This document shows positions 48,872-58,675 of a DNA stretch of 64,000 bases, in pieces. Below the pieces are notes generated by a model, which saw only the letters and a program-made list of their open reading frames with translations, was not told the origin of the DNA and did no database searches. The stretch is taken from positions 186,001 through 250,000 of the forward strand of contig CAXXQE010000007.1 in assembly GCA_963665615.2 (NCBI GenBank), read 5' to 3'. The translations under genes were made by a program, and so were the position numbers. Position 1 is the first letter of the stretch; every line of letters starts with the position of its first letter. The DNA is from Syntrophales bacterium (GTDB lineage: Bacteria > Desulfobacterota > Syntrophia > Syntrophales > UBA4778).

Positions 48872-50818
48872 TCAGGCCTCAAGATCGATCATGAGGAGCT
48901 TTTCGCCAATCTCAATGGGCGCACCCGCCGAGACCAGAACCTCCGAAATCTTTCCGCTGACCACCGATGTTACATTGGTCAGCATCTTCATGGCTTCGAG
49001 AACAATCAACGTCGTCCCCTCCTCGATCTCATCGCCTACGGCTACCGGGATCTGATTAACCACGCCCTTAATGGACGAACGGATATCCCCTGATCTGGCC
49101 AATGCTTCGATCTCTTTGGAGGAAAGCGTAACCTTGGTCTCCTTTCTGGGACCTCCCTCCTCCTCGATAATCGTGAGGACCGGTTCGAGATGGTGGTCCA
49201 CGACCAGATGGGTAATATAATCCCCGTCTTTTGTACGACGCTGCGTCCCGATTTCGATGCCGTGTAGCTTGCCGTAAGCATCTACGATTTCGAACCGTTC
49301 GCCGATGTTGAAGCCGCCCTTTCTCAGCCAGACACTCGGCGGGAGCACCCATGTCTTGCCGAACTTTTCCTCGAACTTGAAGAAATTGACGGCATCATTA
49401 GGATGCTGGAGATACAGAACGAGCTCATCATTGGTCGCCGGTCGCCCCAGTCGATGCTCAAGAACGCGGGCCTCAATGTCGAGATCAATGTCCTCGATTT
49501 TCTGATAGCCGCCATCGTTCTTGACAATCTGCTTCCAGTTCTTACCGAACACTGCCTCATAAATCTCATCGGCCGGCTTGTAGAATGGCAGTTGCCCGTA
49601 ACGTTCCAACATCAGATTTTTGAGGTCGTCGGTTGCATCCTTATAACGCGCCTTTTTCAGAACGTTATTGGCGGCCGTGGTCCATAGAATCTGAGATCCG
49701 GGCGTCACGCTCCACCAGTTGCCGAGTTCCTTCTGGACTCTAGGAAGCTCATTCTGAAGGATTTCCGGCATCTGCTGCAGGAAGCCGCCCTTTACGGCTT
49801 GCTCAAAGCTCGATCCGGTGGCACCGCCCGGCAGTTTGTGGATCTGTACGGTGGGATCGAATCCGAAAAACTGGGATTCGAACTCACTGTAATGCTTGCG
49901 CTCCGTCCGCAACTTATTGGAAGCATCGATGACGGCCTGCTTGTTCAAACCGATGGCGCTGTAACCGTATTCTTCCAGGGTGTCGACGACCGTAAGGATC
50001 GGCGGCGGACCGTAGAACCCGACCATCGCGTGATCGCTCGCATCGACGATCTTCGCCCCGTTTCGCACCGCCTCGACGATTCTGCCGATATCATTGCCGT
50101 CGGTATTATGGCCGTGATACTGAATGATCAGGTCCGGATACTTCTGCATGATCGAATGGACAAGATCACCGATCCGCTTCGGGGTTCCGAGACCGCCGTG
50201 GTTCTTGATGGCCAGGATGATATCCTGCCCCGTGACATCCAGGATCTCGCCCACCTTTTTGACATAGTATGCATCGGTATGCTCCGGCCCCGTCGAAAAA
50301 CAAATCGAGGGTTGAAGAATACGCCCTGCCTTCTTGACCTCTTCGAACACGGAAATCATATTCGGAATATAGTTGAGGAAGTCAAAGACCCGCCAGACGT
50401 GGACCCGTTTGGCGAAGGCCTCGACCGTCAGGCGCACCACGTTATCCGGATAGGGTCGGTAGCCGAACAGGTTGATGCCGCGCACAAGCGTCTGGAAAAG
50501 CACATCCGGCATGTAGCTGCTCAGGATTTCGAGCTTTTCGAGCGGGTTGATCTGTTTGCGGAGCATATCGACATGGATCGAGGCCCCACCGGTGATTTCC
50601 AGCGAAAAGAAACCTGAGTCGTTCCGCTCTTCAGATACCAGAATCTGGGTGTGTGGCATGATCCGGTTCTTGAAATCAGACTGGGACAAATCTCTCTCGG
50701 TATTCGTCACATAATACCCCTTGGCATTCCTCATTTTATTGAGAATATGCTTGCTCCCTTCGCGCTCCAGCTCCTGCGGGGTAATTCTCTCTTCCAAACC
50801 TTGCGTATATTTTGTCAT
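48872..50818 (-). CDS. Pyruvate-carboxylase-type carboxyltransferase + biotin carrier subunit (divergent)
   Basis: TERDLSQSDF, YRPYPDNVV, RVFDFLN, YHGHNT, VTPGSQ, C-terminal EAMKM biotinylation motif. Confidence 0.8.
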   Translation of the reverse strand: MTKYTQGLEERITPQELEREGSKHILNKMRNAKGYYVTNTERDLSQSDFKNRIMPHTQILVSEERNDSGFFSLEITGGASIHVDMLRKQINPLEKLEILSSYMPDVLFQTLVRGINLFGYRPYPDNVVRLTVEAFAKRVHVWRVFDFLNYIPNMISVFEEVKKAGRILQPSICFSTGPEHTDAYYVKKVGEILDVTGQDIILAIKNHGGLGTPKRIGDLVHSIMQKYPDLIIQYHGHNTDGNDIGRIVEAVRNGAKIVDASDHAMVGFYGPPPILTVVDTLEEYGYSAIGLNKQAVIDASNKLRTERKHYSEFESQFFGFDPTVQIHKLPGGATGSSFEQAVKGGFLQQMPEILQNELPRVQKELGNWWSVTPGSQILWTTAANNVLKKARYKDATDDLKNLMLERYGQLPFYKPADEIYEAVFGKNWKQIVKNDGGYQKIEDIDLDIEARVLEHRLGRPATNDELVLYLQHPNDAVNFFKFEEKFGKTWVLPPSVWLRKGGFNIGERFEIVDAYGKLHGIEIGTQRRTKDGDYITHLVVDHHLEPVLTIIEEEGGPRKETKVTLSSKEIEALARSGDIRSSIKGVVNQIPVAVGDEIEEGTTLIVLEAMKMLTNVTSVVSGKISEVLVSAGAPIEIGEKLLMIDLEA

Positions 50819-50846
50819 GGGGAAACTCTCCTCATCAGTTTCTGAG

Positions 50847-52295
50847 TTAAATAGCGTACGGATTCATTTTCTTCGAATGGATCTCGCCGATCAGCTTGGC
50901 CAACTTGGCGATTTCACGCTCTGAATCGAGGTACTCGAAGATCTCGGGATGCGTTTCGATATAATCCGTCGTGAAACGGCCCGCACGGAAATCCTTTTCG
51001 TCGCAGATCGACAGATAGAACGGAATCGTCGTCTTGGGACCCACAATCAGGAAGTCGTTCAAGGCGCGCTTGAGGCGTTGAATGGTCTGATCCCACTGGT
51101 AACCGCGTACCGTCAGCTTGACCAGAAGCGAATCATATTCCGTAGGAATCTTGTATCCCTGGTAAACGATGCCGTCCAGACGAATCTCGGGACCGCCGGG
51201 CGATTGATATACTTCCACGCGCTTGCCGCCCTCCGGCATGAAATTGTTTTTGGGGTCCTCGGCATTGATACGGACCTGAATGGCGCGACCAACGAGTTGT
51301 ACGCGCTCCTTGGGGATTTCCAGCTTCTTGCCCTCGGCGATCATGATCTGCTGACGCACGATATCGATGCCCGTCAACATTTCCGTGACAGTATGCTCCA
51401 CCTGCAGGCGCGTGTTGACCTCCATGAACCAGAAGGCATTCGTTTTGGGGTCGACCAGGAACTCGACTGTGCCGGCATTCACATAATTCGCCTCTTTTGC
51501 CGCCCGTATAGCTGTCTGGTGCATCGCCTCGAGCACATCGGCGGGCAGATCCGCCGGCGCGATCTCCAGGAGCTTCTGATGACGACGCTGAATCGAGCAG
51601 TCGCGCGTTCCCAGGTGCATCACGTTGCCGTAGTTATCGGCAAGAATCTGCACTTCGACGTGCCGAGGAGATTCGACACACTTCTCGATGTAGATGCTGT
51701 CGTCGTTAAAAGCCGACAGAGCCTCTGCGCGTGCCTGGGGGAGCTGCTGACGCAGATCCTCTTCGTTCATGACCTTGCGAATACCGCGTCCGCCGCCGCC
51801 TGCAGCGGCCTTCAGCATGATCGGGTATCCCTTCTCATTGCCGAACCGGATTGCCTCCTGAATCCCCTCTTCTCCCGGCTTGAGGTTTTCGGTGCCAGGA
51901 ATAAAAGGAATATTCGCTTTTTCCATAATCTTCCGGGCAGTCACCTTGTTGCCTAAATCGCGAATCACGCTCGGCGGCGGACCAATGAATATAATACCCG
52001 CCTTCTCACATGCCGCTGAAAAATCGGCGTTCTCTGCCAGAAAACCGTAGCCGGGGTGAATGGCGTTCGCCTCCGATTTCTTCGCCGCCCAGATAATCCG
52101 ATCGATATCGAGATAGTCCCTTCTGGGACCATCTCCGATCATGATGGACTGATCGGCAAATCTCAGAAAATAAGCCTCACAGTCGGGCTTTTCGTAAACG
52201 GCGACGCTATCTATGCCAAGTTCCTTAATCGTCCGGATGATGCGTAATGCGATTTCTCCGCGGTTAGCAACCAGTATTTTTTTGATCTTGTTCAC
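50847..52295 (-). CDS. Biotin carboxylase subunit (pyruvate carboxylase subunit A type)
   Basis: ANRGEIALR, HPGYGFLAEN, GGGGRG, RDCSIQRRHQK, EVNTRLQVEH. Confidence 0.92.
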   Translation of the reverse strand: MNKIKKILVANRGEIALRIIRTIKELGIDSVAVYEKPDCEAYFLRFADQSIMIGDGPRRDYLDIDRIIWAAKKSEANAIHPGYGFLAENADFSAACEKAGIIFIGPPPSVIRDLGNKVTARKIMEKANIPFIPGTENLKPGEEGIQEAIRFGNEKGYPIMLKAAAGGGGRGIRKVMNEEDLRQQLPQARAEALSAFNDDSIYIEKCVESPRHVEVQILADNYGNVMHLGTRDCSIQRRHQKLLEIAPADLPADVLEAMHQTAIRAAKEANYVNAGTVEFLVDPKTNAFWFMEVNTRLQVEHTVTEMLTGIDIVRQQIMIAEGKKLEIPKERVQLVGRAIQVRINAEDPKNNFMPEGGKRVEVYQSPGGPEIRLDGIVYQGYKIPTEYDSLLVKLTVRGYQWDQTIQRLKRALNDFLIVGPKTTIPFYLSICDEKDFRAGRFTTDYIETHPEIFEYLDSEREIAKLAKLIGEIHSKKMNPYAI

Positions 52296-52323
52296 AGTAA
52301 CAATCCCTTTCTTAGCTATTGAA

Positions 52324-52370
52324 GACTCGCGGGAACAGGCGCCGGCGAATCTCAGTTCCTTAAGGAAGAT
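52324..52370 (+). repeat. Degenerate partial copy (first-hairpin half) of the double-hairpin repeat
   Basis: gactcgcgggaacaggcgccggcgaatctcagttccttaaggaagat resembles 37455-37500 and shares cttaaggaagat with the 54.4 kb copy. Confidence 0.55.
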
Positions 52371-52612
52371 GTATAACGCTGACGACGGGTCAGACAGACG
52401 CGCAAAACCTTTGGGAACGATTCAGACGGCGAAGCGCGTCCATGGTCCAAGCCCAAGCGGTAGAATATACTTTCAAGTTAATCATTTTGTCAAGATCCGC
52501 AAGGCATTTCATGCTTGTCTTGAATTTTACGAAGATATCTGATAGGAACGAGCACGCAAGAGCAGCTTATTTATTAAATGTCCGCTACGACAAATCGATT
52601 ATGGATTGTATC

Positions 52613-53617
52613 ATGAACAAAGATGAATCGCTACAGCGCGCTGAAGAGGTTCTAAAGGTGGAGGCCGAGAGCATATTGGGCCTCATCCCCAGACTGGATG
52701 AACGTTTTACAAAGGCCGTTGAAACGATTCATGCCGCAAAGGGTCGTGTAATTGTCTCGGGCATCGGCAAGTCCGGACTGATCGGCAAAAAAATCGTCGC
52801 TACGCTCACCAGCACGGGCACCCCCGCACTCTTTCTTCATCCGGTAGAGGGCATGCATGGAGACCTCGGCATCGTAACCAGGGAAGATGTCGTGTTGGCC
52901 ATTTCCAATAGCGGAGAAACAAATGAGCTTAATCTGCTGATCTCCAATCTCCGCTCTCTGGGTGCCCCTCTTGTGGCCATGACGGGCAATCTCAAATCGA
53001 CCTTGGCGCTATCCGCTGATATCGTGCTGGATATCGGCGTTACGCGCGAGGCATGCCCCTTCAATCTGACACCGACCTCCAGTACCACGGCGACGCTTGC
53101 CATGGGAGATGCCCTGGCCGTAGCCCTCATCGACCGACGCGGATTCAAACAGCACGATTTCTATAGATTCCATCCGGGCGGCACGTTGGGACTAAGACTC
53201 ATGACCAAGGTGCGCGACGCCATGATCAGCGGCGAAAGCGTACCGCGCATTCTGTCCGGACAACCTGCCCTTGACGCCGTCGATGAAATTGACCGGAAAA
53301 ATCTCGGGTTTGTTCTCATCACGGATGCTTCAGGGATCCTACGGGGGATCCTAACCGACGGCGACGTACGGCGATACGTACGAAAAGGCGCCGATTTTAA
53401 AAATCTGAAGGTCGATGACATTATGACTCGGTCCCCCAAAACGATCGACGAAAACCGATCTCTAGGGGAAACGATCGAAACAATGGAACAATATGAAATC
53501 ACCGCCATGGTGGTCGTTAACGCTGAAAACAAACTTCAGGGTTATGTTCACCTGCATGACATCCTGGGCCGCGGCGGAACCCTGAAAATTTCCCTGAACG
53601 GACACACGGGGAAATAA
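52613..53617 (+). CDS. kdsD: KpsF/GutQ family arabinose-5-phosphate isomerase (SIS + 2 CBS)
   Basis: GIGKSG, HGDLG, SNSGET, PTSSTT, FHPGGTLG; CBS pair. Confidence 0.92.
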   Translation: MNKDESLQRAEEVLKVEAESILGLIPRLDERFTKAVETIHAAKGRVIVSGIGKSGLIGKKIVATLTSTGTPALFLHPVEGMHGDLGIVTREDVVLAISNSGETNELNLLISNLRSLGAPLVAMTGNLKSTLALSADIVLDIGVTREACPFNLTPTSSTTATLAMGDALAVALIDRRGFKQHDFYRFHPGGTLGLRLMTKVRDAMISGESVPRILSGQPALDAVDEIDRKNLGFVLITDASGILRGILTDGDVRRYVRKGADFKNLKVDDIMTRSPKTIDENRSLGETIETMEQYEITAMVVVNAENKLQGYVHLHDILGRGGTLKISLNGHTGK

Positions 53618-53622
53618 AAGCG

Positions 53623-54378
53623 TCACTTTGGGCGAGACCGCCCTCGCAAGGAATTTCCCATGATGGCGAGGAATTTGAACCCGAATGGCGGGGCGGTCTG
53701 CATCCAATACATATCGGCCAATCGATAGCCCTCCACCATCGTATTTTCCAGTTGATGCAGATAATCGTCCGCGTCATCCCCATCCACATCGACATGACTC
53801 ACATCTCTCGGATCGTCGAAGCGCAACAAAACCCGGCTGAACGGCTTCGGTACCATGAACCTGTCCCAACTGTTGAACATCATCGGCTTCTCATAGGAGA
53901 CATAGACGGGAACAATGGAGGACCCGGCCTCCTTAGCCAAAGAGAGAAGCCCCGGTTTAATGACGTTTGCCGGTCCGGTCGGGCCATCGACGATGTGAAC
54001 GACAAAGCGATTCAGTCTTGCCGCGAGAATCATTTCCTTGAGAGCTTCCCGACCGCGACGACTGCTGGATCCGCGAACGGGAGACCACCCGATATGTCGA
54101 ACCACGTTGGCAACAAAATCACCATCGCGACTCTGACTGATCATGATGGGTATCTTCAGACCGAAAATTTTCGGCAGATAGAAACCGCCCAAAAAGCGCT
54201 GGTGCCAGGACGCCAGCACCAGTCGCCCACCAGCCCGAAAATCTGCTAGGACTGGCTCAGCATTTTCAATCCGGAACCGTAGTGTCATGCAATAAAGCGT
54301 CAAGACGACGTAGATTGGGAAGGGTAGCGCCTTGTTGATAAGAAAGTATTTAATTTTCTTACGGAAGTAAGAAAACAT
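53623..54378 (-). CDS. Lysophospholipid acyltransferase family protein (DUF374-like)
   Basis: SWHQR, SQSRDG, RGSSSRRG, DGPTGP, SWDRFMVPKPFS. Confidence 0.8.
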   Translation of the reverse strand: MFSYFRKKIKYFLINKALPFPIYVVLTLYCMTLRFRIENAEPVLADFRAGGRLVLASWHQRFLGGFYLPKIFGLKIPIMISQSRDGDFVANVVRHIGWSPVRGSSSRRGREALKEMILAARLNRFVVHIVDGPTGPANVIKPGLLSLAKEAGSSIVPVYVSYEKPMMFNSWDRFMVPKPFSRVLLRFDDPRDVSHVDVDGDDADDYLHQLENTMVEGYRLADMYWMQTAPPFGFKFLAIMGNSLRGRSRPK

Positions 54379-54401
54379 AAAGATCTCTCATTTGAAGCAG
54401 G

Positions 54402-54508
54402 TAGCAAGCGCAATCCTGGCAGCTTGCTGCATGGATTGCGAACGAATCATGTCTCAATATCTTCCTTAAGCAGCGGTCATTCGTTGGAGCTTGCTCCGGC
54501 GAATGACC
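54402..54508 (-). repeat. Double-hairpin (GCAAGC loop) element, full copy in reverse orientation
   Basis: Minus strand ggtcattcgccgga-gcaagc-tccaacgaatgacc ... tgattcgttcgcaatccatgca-gcaagc-tgccaggattgcgcttgcta, colinear with 37452-37560. Confidence 0.7.
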
Positions 54509-54563
54509 AAATGCGTCCGTTTTTCACGCTCTTCATACCAGAGAGATCCGGATGTCGCAATCA

Positions 54564-55640
54564 TTACCTGGCTGAAATAACAGGCGGATCATATCCGTTC
54601 GGAGGGAGATCAACGGGAACTGAAAACGAATCGAAACCGCCATCCCCAGCGTCCGCTTTCACCCTGAAGAGATCCACTTCACGGTCGATTCCCTTTAGAA
54701 ACACAGGGGCCAGTTTTTCAAGTGCGACCTGTTGCATGATCTCTGCCGCTGTCTCGGTACAGATGATAATCTCCCCGCTTCTGGCAAAACGCTCAAGACG
54801 AGAGGCAAGATTGACGGGTGCGCCGAAAACGGTATATTCCTTTTTTCGAACAGAGCCGAATACGCCGACTACCGCCTCTCCCGTGCTGATCCCGATTCCG
54901 ATTCGAAGGGCAATGCCCCTTTCCGCCAAGTCTCGATTGCCCTGTCGAATTTGATTCTGCATCCGGATGGCCGCGCAAACGGCTCGATATGCATTATTTT
55001 CATGAGACACCGGGGCGCCGAAGATGCCCATGATGCTGTCGCCTATATGCTTGTCCAGAGTTCCATCCTTTTCATAAATGATGTTGTCTAGCGGTGAAAA
55101 ATAATACGCATTGAGAATCTCCGCCAATTCAGCGGGAGAAAACCGACGGGTCAGATTTGAAAAGCCCCTGATGTCGCAAAACAGAATGGCAACCCGTTGA
55201 CTTCTCGGCCGCAGCGATGTCTTATCCTGTTGTATCGCCGTGAAGACCTGATCGGAGACGAACTGCTTCAGACGCCTTCTCAAGTGATACTCCCTGACCT
55301 TGGCCTTAAGCTCCCAATTGTCGAACGGCTTGGTCAGAAAACCGTCGATGCGGGCATTGACCGACTCGATGGCGCTTTCCATAGTCGCGTATCCAGTCAG
55401 GATGATGCGCGTGATTTCCGGATTAATCTTCTCGATCGCCTTGAGGGTTTCAAGCCCATCCATGCCCGGCATACGGAAATCGGAGATGACAACATCGATC
55501 AAGTGGCGCTCGACCTCGACCAGTCGCACCGCGTCCGCACCATTACAGGCCTGAAAAACGGCATACTCCTCCTTCTCGAAAACTTTTTTTAGAGATCTCC
55601 TGATTCCTTCTTCGTCATCGACAATTAGAAGCCCTGTCAT
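54564..55640 (-). CDS. Response regulator REC fused to class III adenylate/guanylate cyclase
   Basis: IVDDE...SDFRMP...TKP; LFCDIRGFS, DKHIGDSIM, EYTVFGAPVNLASRLE. Confidence 0.9.
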   Translation of the reverse strand: MTGLLIVDDEEGIRRSLKKVFEKEEYAVFQACNGADAVRLVEVERHLIDVVISDFRMPGMDGLETLKAIEKINPEITRIILTGYATMESAIESVNARIDGFLTKPFDNWELKAKVREYHLRRRLKQFVSDQVFTAIQQDKTSLRPRSQRVAILFCDIRGFSNLTRRFSPAELAEILNAYYFSPLDNIIYEKDGTLDKHIGDSIMGIFGAPVSHENNAYRAVCAAIRMQNQIRQGNRDLAERGIALRIGIGISTGEAVVGVFGSVRKKEYTVFGAPVNLASRLERFARSGEIIICTETAAEIMQQVALEKLAPVFLKGIDREVDLFRVKADAGDGGFDSFSVPVDLPPNGYDPPVISAR

Positions 55641-55670
55641 CGTTTCTCCTCTCTTCCGTGTTGAGTCCTC

Positions 55671-57923
55671 CTACTGCTGATTCTCAACGTCCGCGGTTGA
55701 ACTTTCAGCCCGTTCCGCCGTCAAGGCCGTAAGGCGCCTTATAAGGGGAAACTCGATGTCAACCCGTGTTCCCCCTTCGGGATCATTGTTGATATGAATT
55801 TCGCCATCGTGCTTTTTGACAATTTCATGGACAATGTACAATCCCAGCCCGGTTCCTTGCCCCGCCGGTTTCGTGGTAAAAAAAGGTTTAAAGATATCCT
55901 TCATCAAATGCGCCGGAATCCCGATACCGTCATCTTGCAGACGTACTTTCAGCATTTTTGACGGAACGTCGCATTCAGTTGAGATAGTGATGATACCTTT
56001 ATGCTCGGGCAGCGCTTGAATGGCGTTCTTGATCAGGTTGATAAACAGCTGGCCAAGACTCGCAAAATTACCTTCCATCCTGGGGATCCCTACAGAAAAG
56101 ACCTTGTTAAACTCTATACCGGCATGCTTGTACTGATTATAAAGAACGCGCAGAGCATCATCGATTACCGCATGGATATCGACCAATTCCATATAATTGC
56201 CGCCCTGCCTCGACAAGCTGAGCAGACTGTCGATAATCGCCTTGGTCCGGCTCAATTCTTTCAGGCTGAATTGCAGATCATCCAAAAGCTCTGCGTGGTC
56301 AGGATTTTTTTCCCTTGCAATAGAATCAATGCTCATCTGTATCAAGCTCGAAGCACTCGAAATCGGATTATTCATCTCATGGGCAGTTCCCGCCACGAGT
56401 TGCCCAATCGCCGCCAGACTCTCAGATCGGATCAGGCGATCGCGCGTATGATCCTTCTCTTCGAGCGCCTTCGCCAACTCCGCAGTGCGTTGTTTAATTC
56501 GGCGTTCCAAATCGCGATTCAGCTCCTCAATCTCCAAATAGTTCTTGGCGTTTTCAACGGCAACAGCCGCTTGATTGCCAATCGTGGTTAAAAGAGCGAT
56601 GTCCTCCTGCAGAAATAGTTCACCGGATTGCTTTTCTCCCACGGTAATAAACCCTGCCAAATCGTTCATCGAAGGCAGGGGAATGATCACACTGCAATCG
56701 AATCGGTTAAAACTCTTCCCAATCGCTTCCCTCACATCCTGTTTCAATTTCCGAATCATGGCCAGCGTCAGCGGATGAAGGTTGCAGCGTAGATAGGCGA
56801 TCAACGGATCGTCGATCATCAGAACCCGCTGTCCATCCTTACCCTGTTCTTTATACTCCCGATAGGGTTCGCCGATCCCGTCACGCACAAAGAAATGAAT
56901 GCTTTCGATTCCCATCGTTGACGTAATGGCATGCCGTAAGGCATCGCCGATTTCATCCAGATGGCAATAAAAGGTCATTTTTCCGCTCAGATCCTGCAAA
57001 ACCTGGCGATAATCGTATTTCCCCTTGAGGATAAAGCGGTCGATAAGACTTTGAATGCGTTTCCGCAACGGATCGAAAATCAACACAATAAGCGCCGCAA
57101 ACACAAGGGGCTGTATGATGGTTGTTGTATGATTGGACTGAATAAACAAGATATGGACGGCGTAGATAAAAAAAATATATACACCAGCTAGAACAGCCGT
57201 CAGAGTAAGATACGTTACCCCTCTCCGAACAATGACGCCTGCATCGAGCAAATCGTATTTTAAAACACCGATGGCCAAAACCAATCCGGGGATAAAACTG
57301 ATCCCGGTAAGCGGATAGATCATAATTCCGTTTGCCGGCAGATAATGTGTCAACAAAAAAACGGTAAAAACCCCCAGGCCTCCCAAAATGTATTTTATTC
57401 GGTTCCGATGTTGACTGCTCAATGAACACTGATGCGCGCGAATGAGGGCGATCATGCAATATAGCGCCGTAAACGACGATCCCAAGATGAACAGGTGATA
57501 AACCGGTCCTGGCACCTCTATCTGTCCAAAAGAATAAGGCTTAAGACTGGATACAAAAATATCAGACCACGTCAGCACGCTCAATGCAGAACTGAAAACC
57601 AGCACCATTCCTTCCAGCCAGCGTAAACCCTTCACCCCGAGGAAGTCATGAATGAACCGAATGTAGAGAGGCAGACTGAAAACGAAGATGCAGTAAAAGA
57701 GACGATCAATCGACAAAGCCAAAGGGGAACGATTGATGACACCGACCGCTATCTCACGGAGGCTGCTCAATGCCGCCATGAAACACAACGCTGCAAAGAG
57801 CACATTGATGCTTCGTCGACCGCCATGAAATAACGCCACGATGGCCAGCGCCGTGAAAACGATAAACCCCAGACAAGGTGGTAGGAGGTAGAGATAGAAC
57901 TCCTTGAAAATCATTGGCATCAT
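55671..57923 (-). CDS. Membrane (7TM-type) GAF-containing sensor histidine kinase
   Basis: Multi-TM N-terminus; GAF-like EDIALLTTIGNQAAVAVENA; AHEMNNP, NLIKNA, FFTTK..GQGTGLGL. Confidence 0.88.
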   Translation of the reverse strand: MMPMIFKEFYLYLLPPCLGFIVFTALAIVALFHGGRRSINVLFAALCFMAALSSLREIAVGVINRSPLALSIDRLFYCIFVFSLPLYIRFIHDFLGVKGLRWLEGMVLVFSSALSVLTWSDIFVSSLKPYSFGQIEVPGPVYHLFILGSSFTALYCMIALIRAHQCSLSSQHRNRIKYILGGLGVFTVFLLTHYLPANGIMIYPLTGISFIPGLVLAIGVLKYDLLDAGVIVRRGVTYLTLTAVLAGVYIFFIYAVHILFIQSNHTTTIIQPLVFAALIVLIFDPLRKRIQSLIDRFILKGKYDYRQVLQDLSGKMTFYCHLDEIGDALRHAITSTMGIESIHFFVRDGIGEPYREYKEQGKDGQRVLMIDDPLIAYLRCNLHPLTLAMIRKLKQDVREAIGKSFNRFDCSVIIPLPSMNDLAGFITVGEKQSGELFLQEDIALLTTIGNQAAVAVENAKNYLEIEELNRDLERRIKQRTAELAKALEEKDHTRDRLIRSESLAAIGQLVAGTAHEMNNPISSASSLIQMSIDSIAREKNPDHAELLDDLQFSLKELSRTKAIIDSLLSLSRQGGNYMELVDIHAVIDDALRVLYNQYKHAGIEFNKVFSVGIPRMEGNFASLGQLFINLIKNAIQALPEHKGIITISTECDVPSKMLKVRLQDDGIGIPAHLMKDIFKPFFTTKPAGQGTGLGLYIVHEIVKKHDGEIHINNDPEGGTRVDIEFPLIRRLTALTAERAESSTADVENQQ

Positions 57924-58041
57924 AGCCCCGAGAAGAAACCGAAGCTACAGCGGGTTCGAAAAGACCCGAGAACGCCTGCCGCCCGTTGGGCGGCAGGCTA
58001 CCCATACACCTGTTTACAAGGAAAATTAGAGAATACTCAGA

Positions 58042-58590
58042 TTAAAAAACAAAGACAGCAGCGGCGACAACCGTCGTGTAATCTGTGTTCTTGACGATCG
58101 TAGATTGGGTGACATTGCGTGTTGCGACGATCTTCCCGCTGATTTTGAAAATTTCTTTCTTTTCGTCCCAACTCTCATCGACATTGAAATCGATACCGAG
58201 TGTAGAGGCCAACATGGCGGCTGCCAGATCCTCAGCGTAATCGCCTGCCTGCTTTTCATTCTGGCCGAAGGAATGGTGTTCACTGATGTATCCGTAGGCT
58301 GATTTGTCTGCTGGGATCGCGCATCCCACCGATGCCGCCAAAAGCCGTTTCGGTTCATTGCTGCAACACCTGCTCAAGACACAGAAAGTAATTGAACCGG
58401 GAATAATCTCCTTTAGTCCTTGCGATCTGGATACCATCTTGCAGCCGGGAGGAAAAATACTGGAGACCTGCACGAGGTTGCACCGTTCAATCCCGGCGTC
58501 CCGAAGGGCCCGCTCAAAAGAATGGAGTTCGTCCTTATGCGTCCCGACCCCTTTTGTAAAAAAAATCTTTTTGGGAACAAAATCTCTCAA
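58042..58590 (-). CDS. pdaD: Pyruvoyl-dependent arginine decarboxylase
   Basis: SFERALRDAGI..CNLVQVSSIFPP (Ser-Ser self-cleavage site), YGYISEHH. Confidence 0.88.
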   Translation of the reverse strand: MRDFVPKKIFFTKGVGTHKDELHSFERALRDAGIERCNLVQVSSIFPPGCKMVSRSQGLKEIIPGSITFCVLSRCCSNEPKRLLAASVGCAIPADKSAYGYISEHHSFGQNEKQAGDYAEDLAAAMLASTLGIDFNVDESWDEKKEIFKISGKIVATRNVTQSTIVKNTDYTTVVAAAVFVF

Positions 58591-58675
58591 GTTCCGTCTC
58601 CTTTTTGTATTTTAAAAAACGTGCCTATAGCACATTCCATGAATCGTGTCCAAATTTTTTTCCCCAACGACCTCG

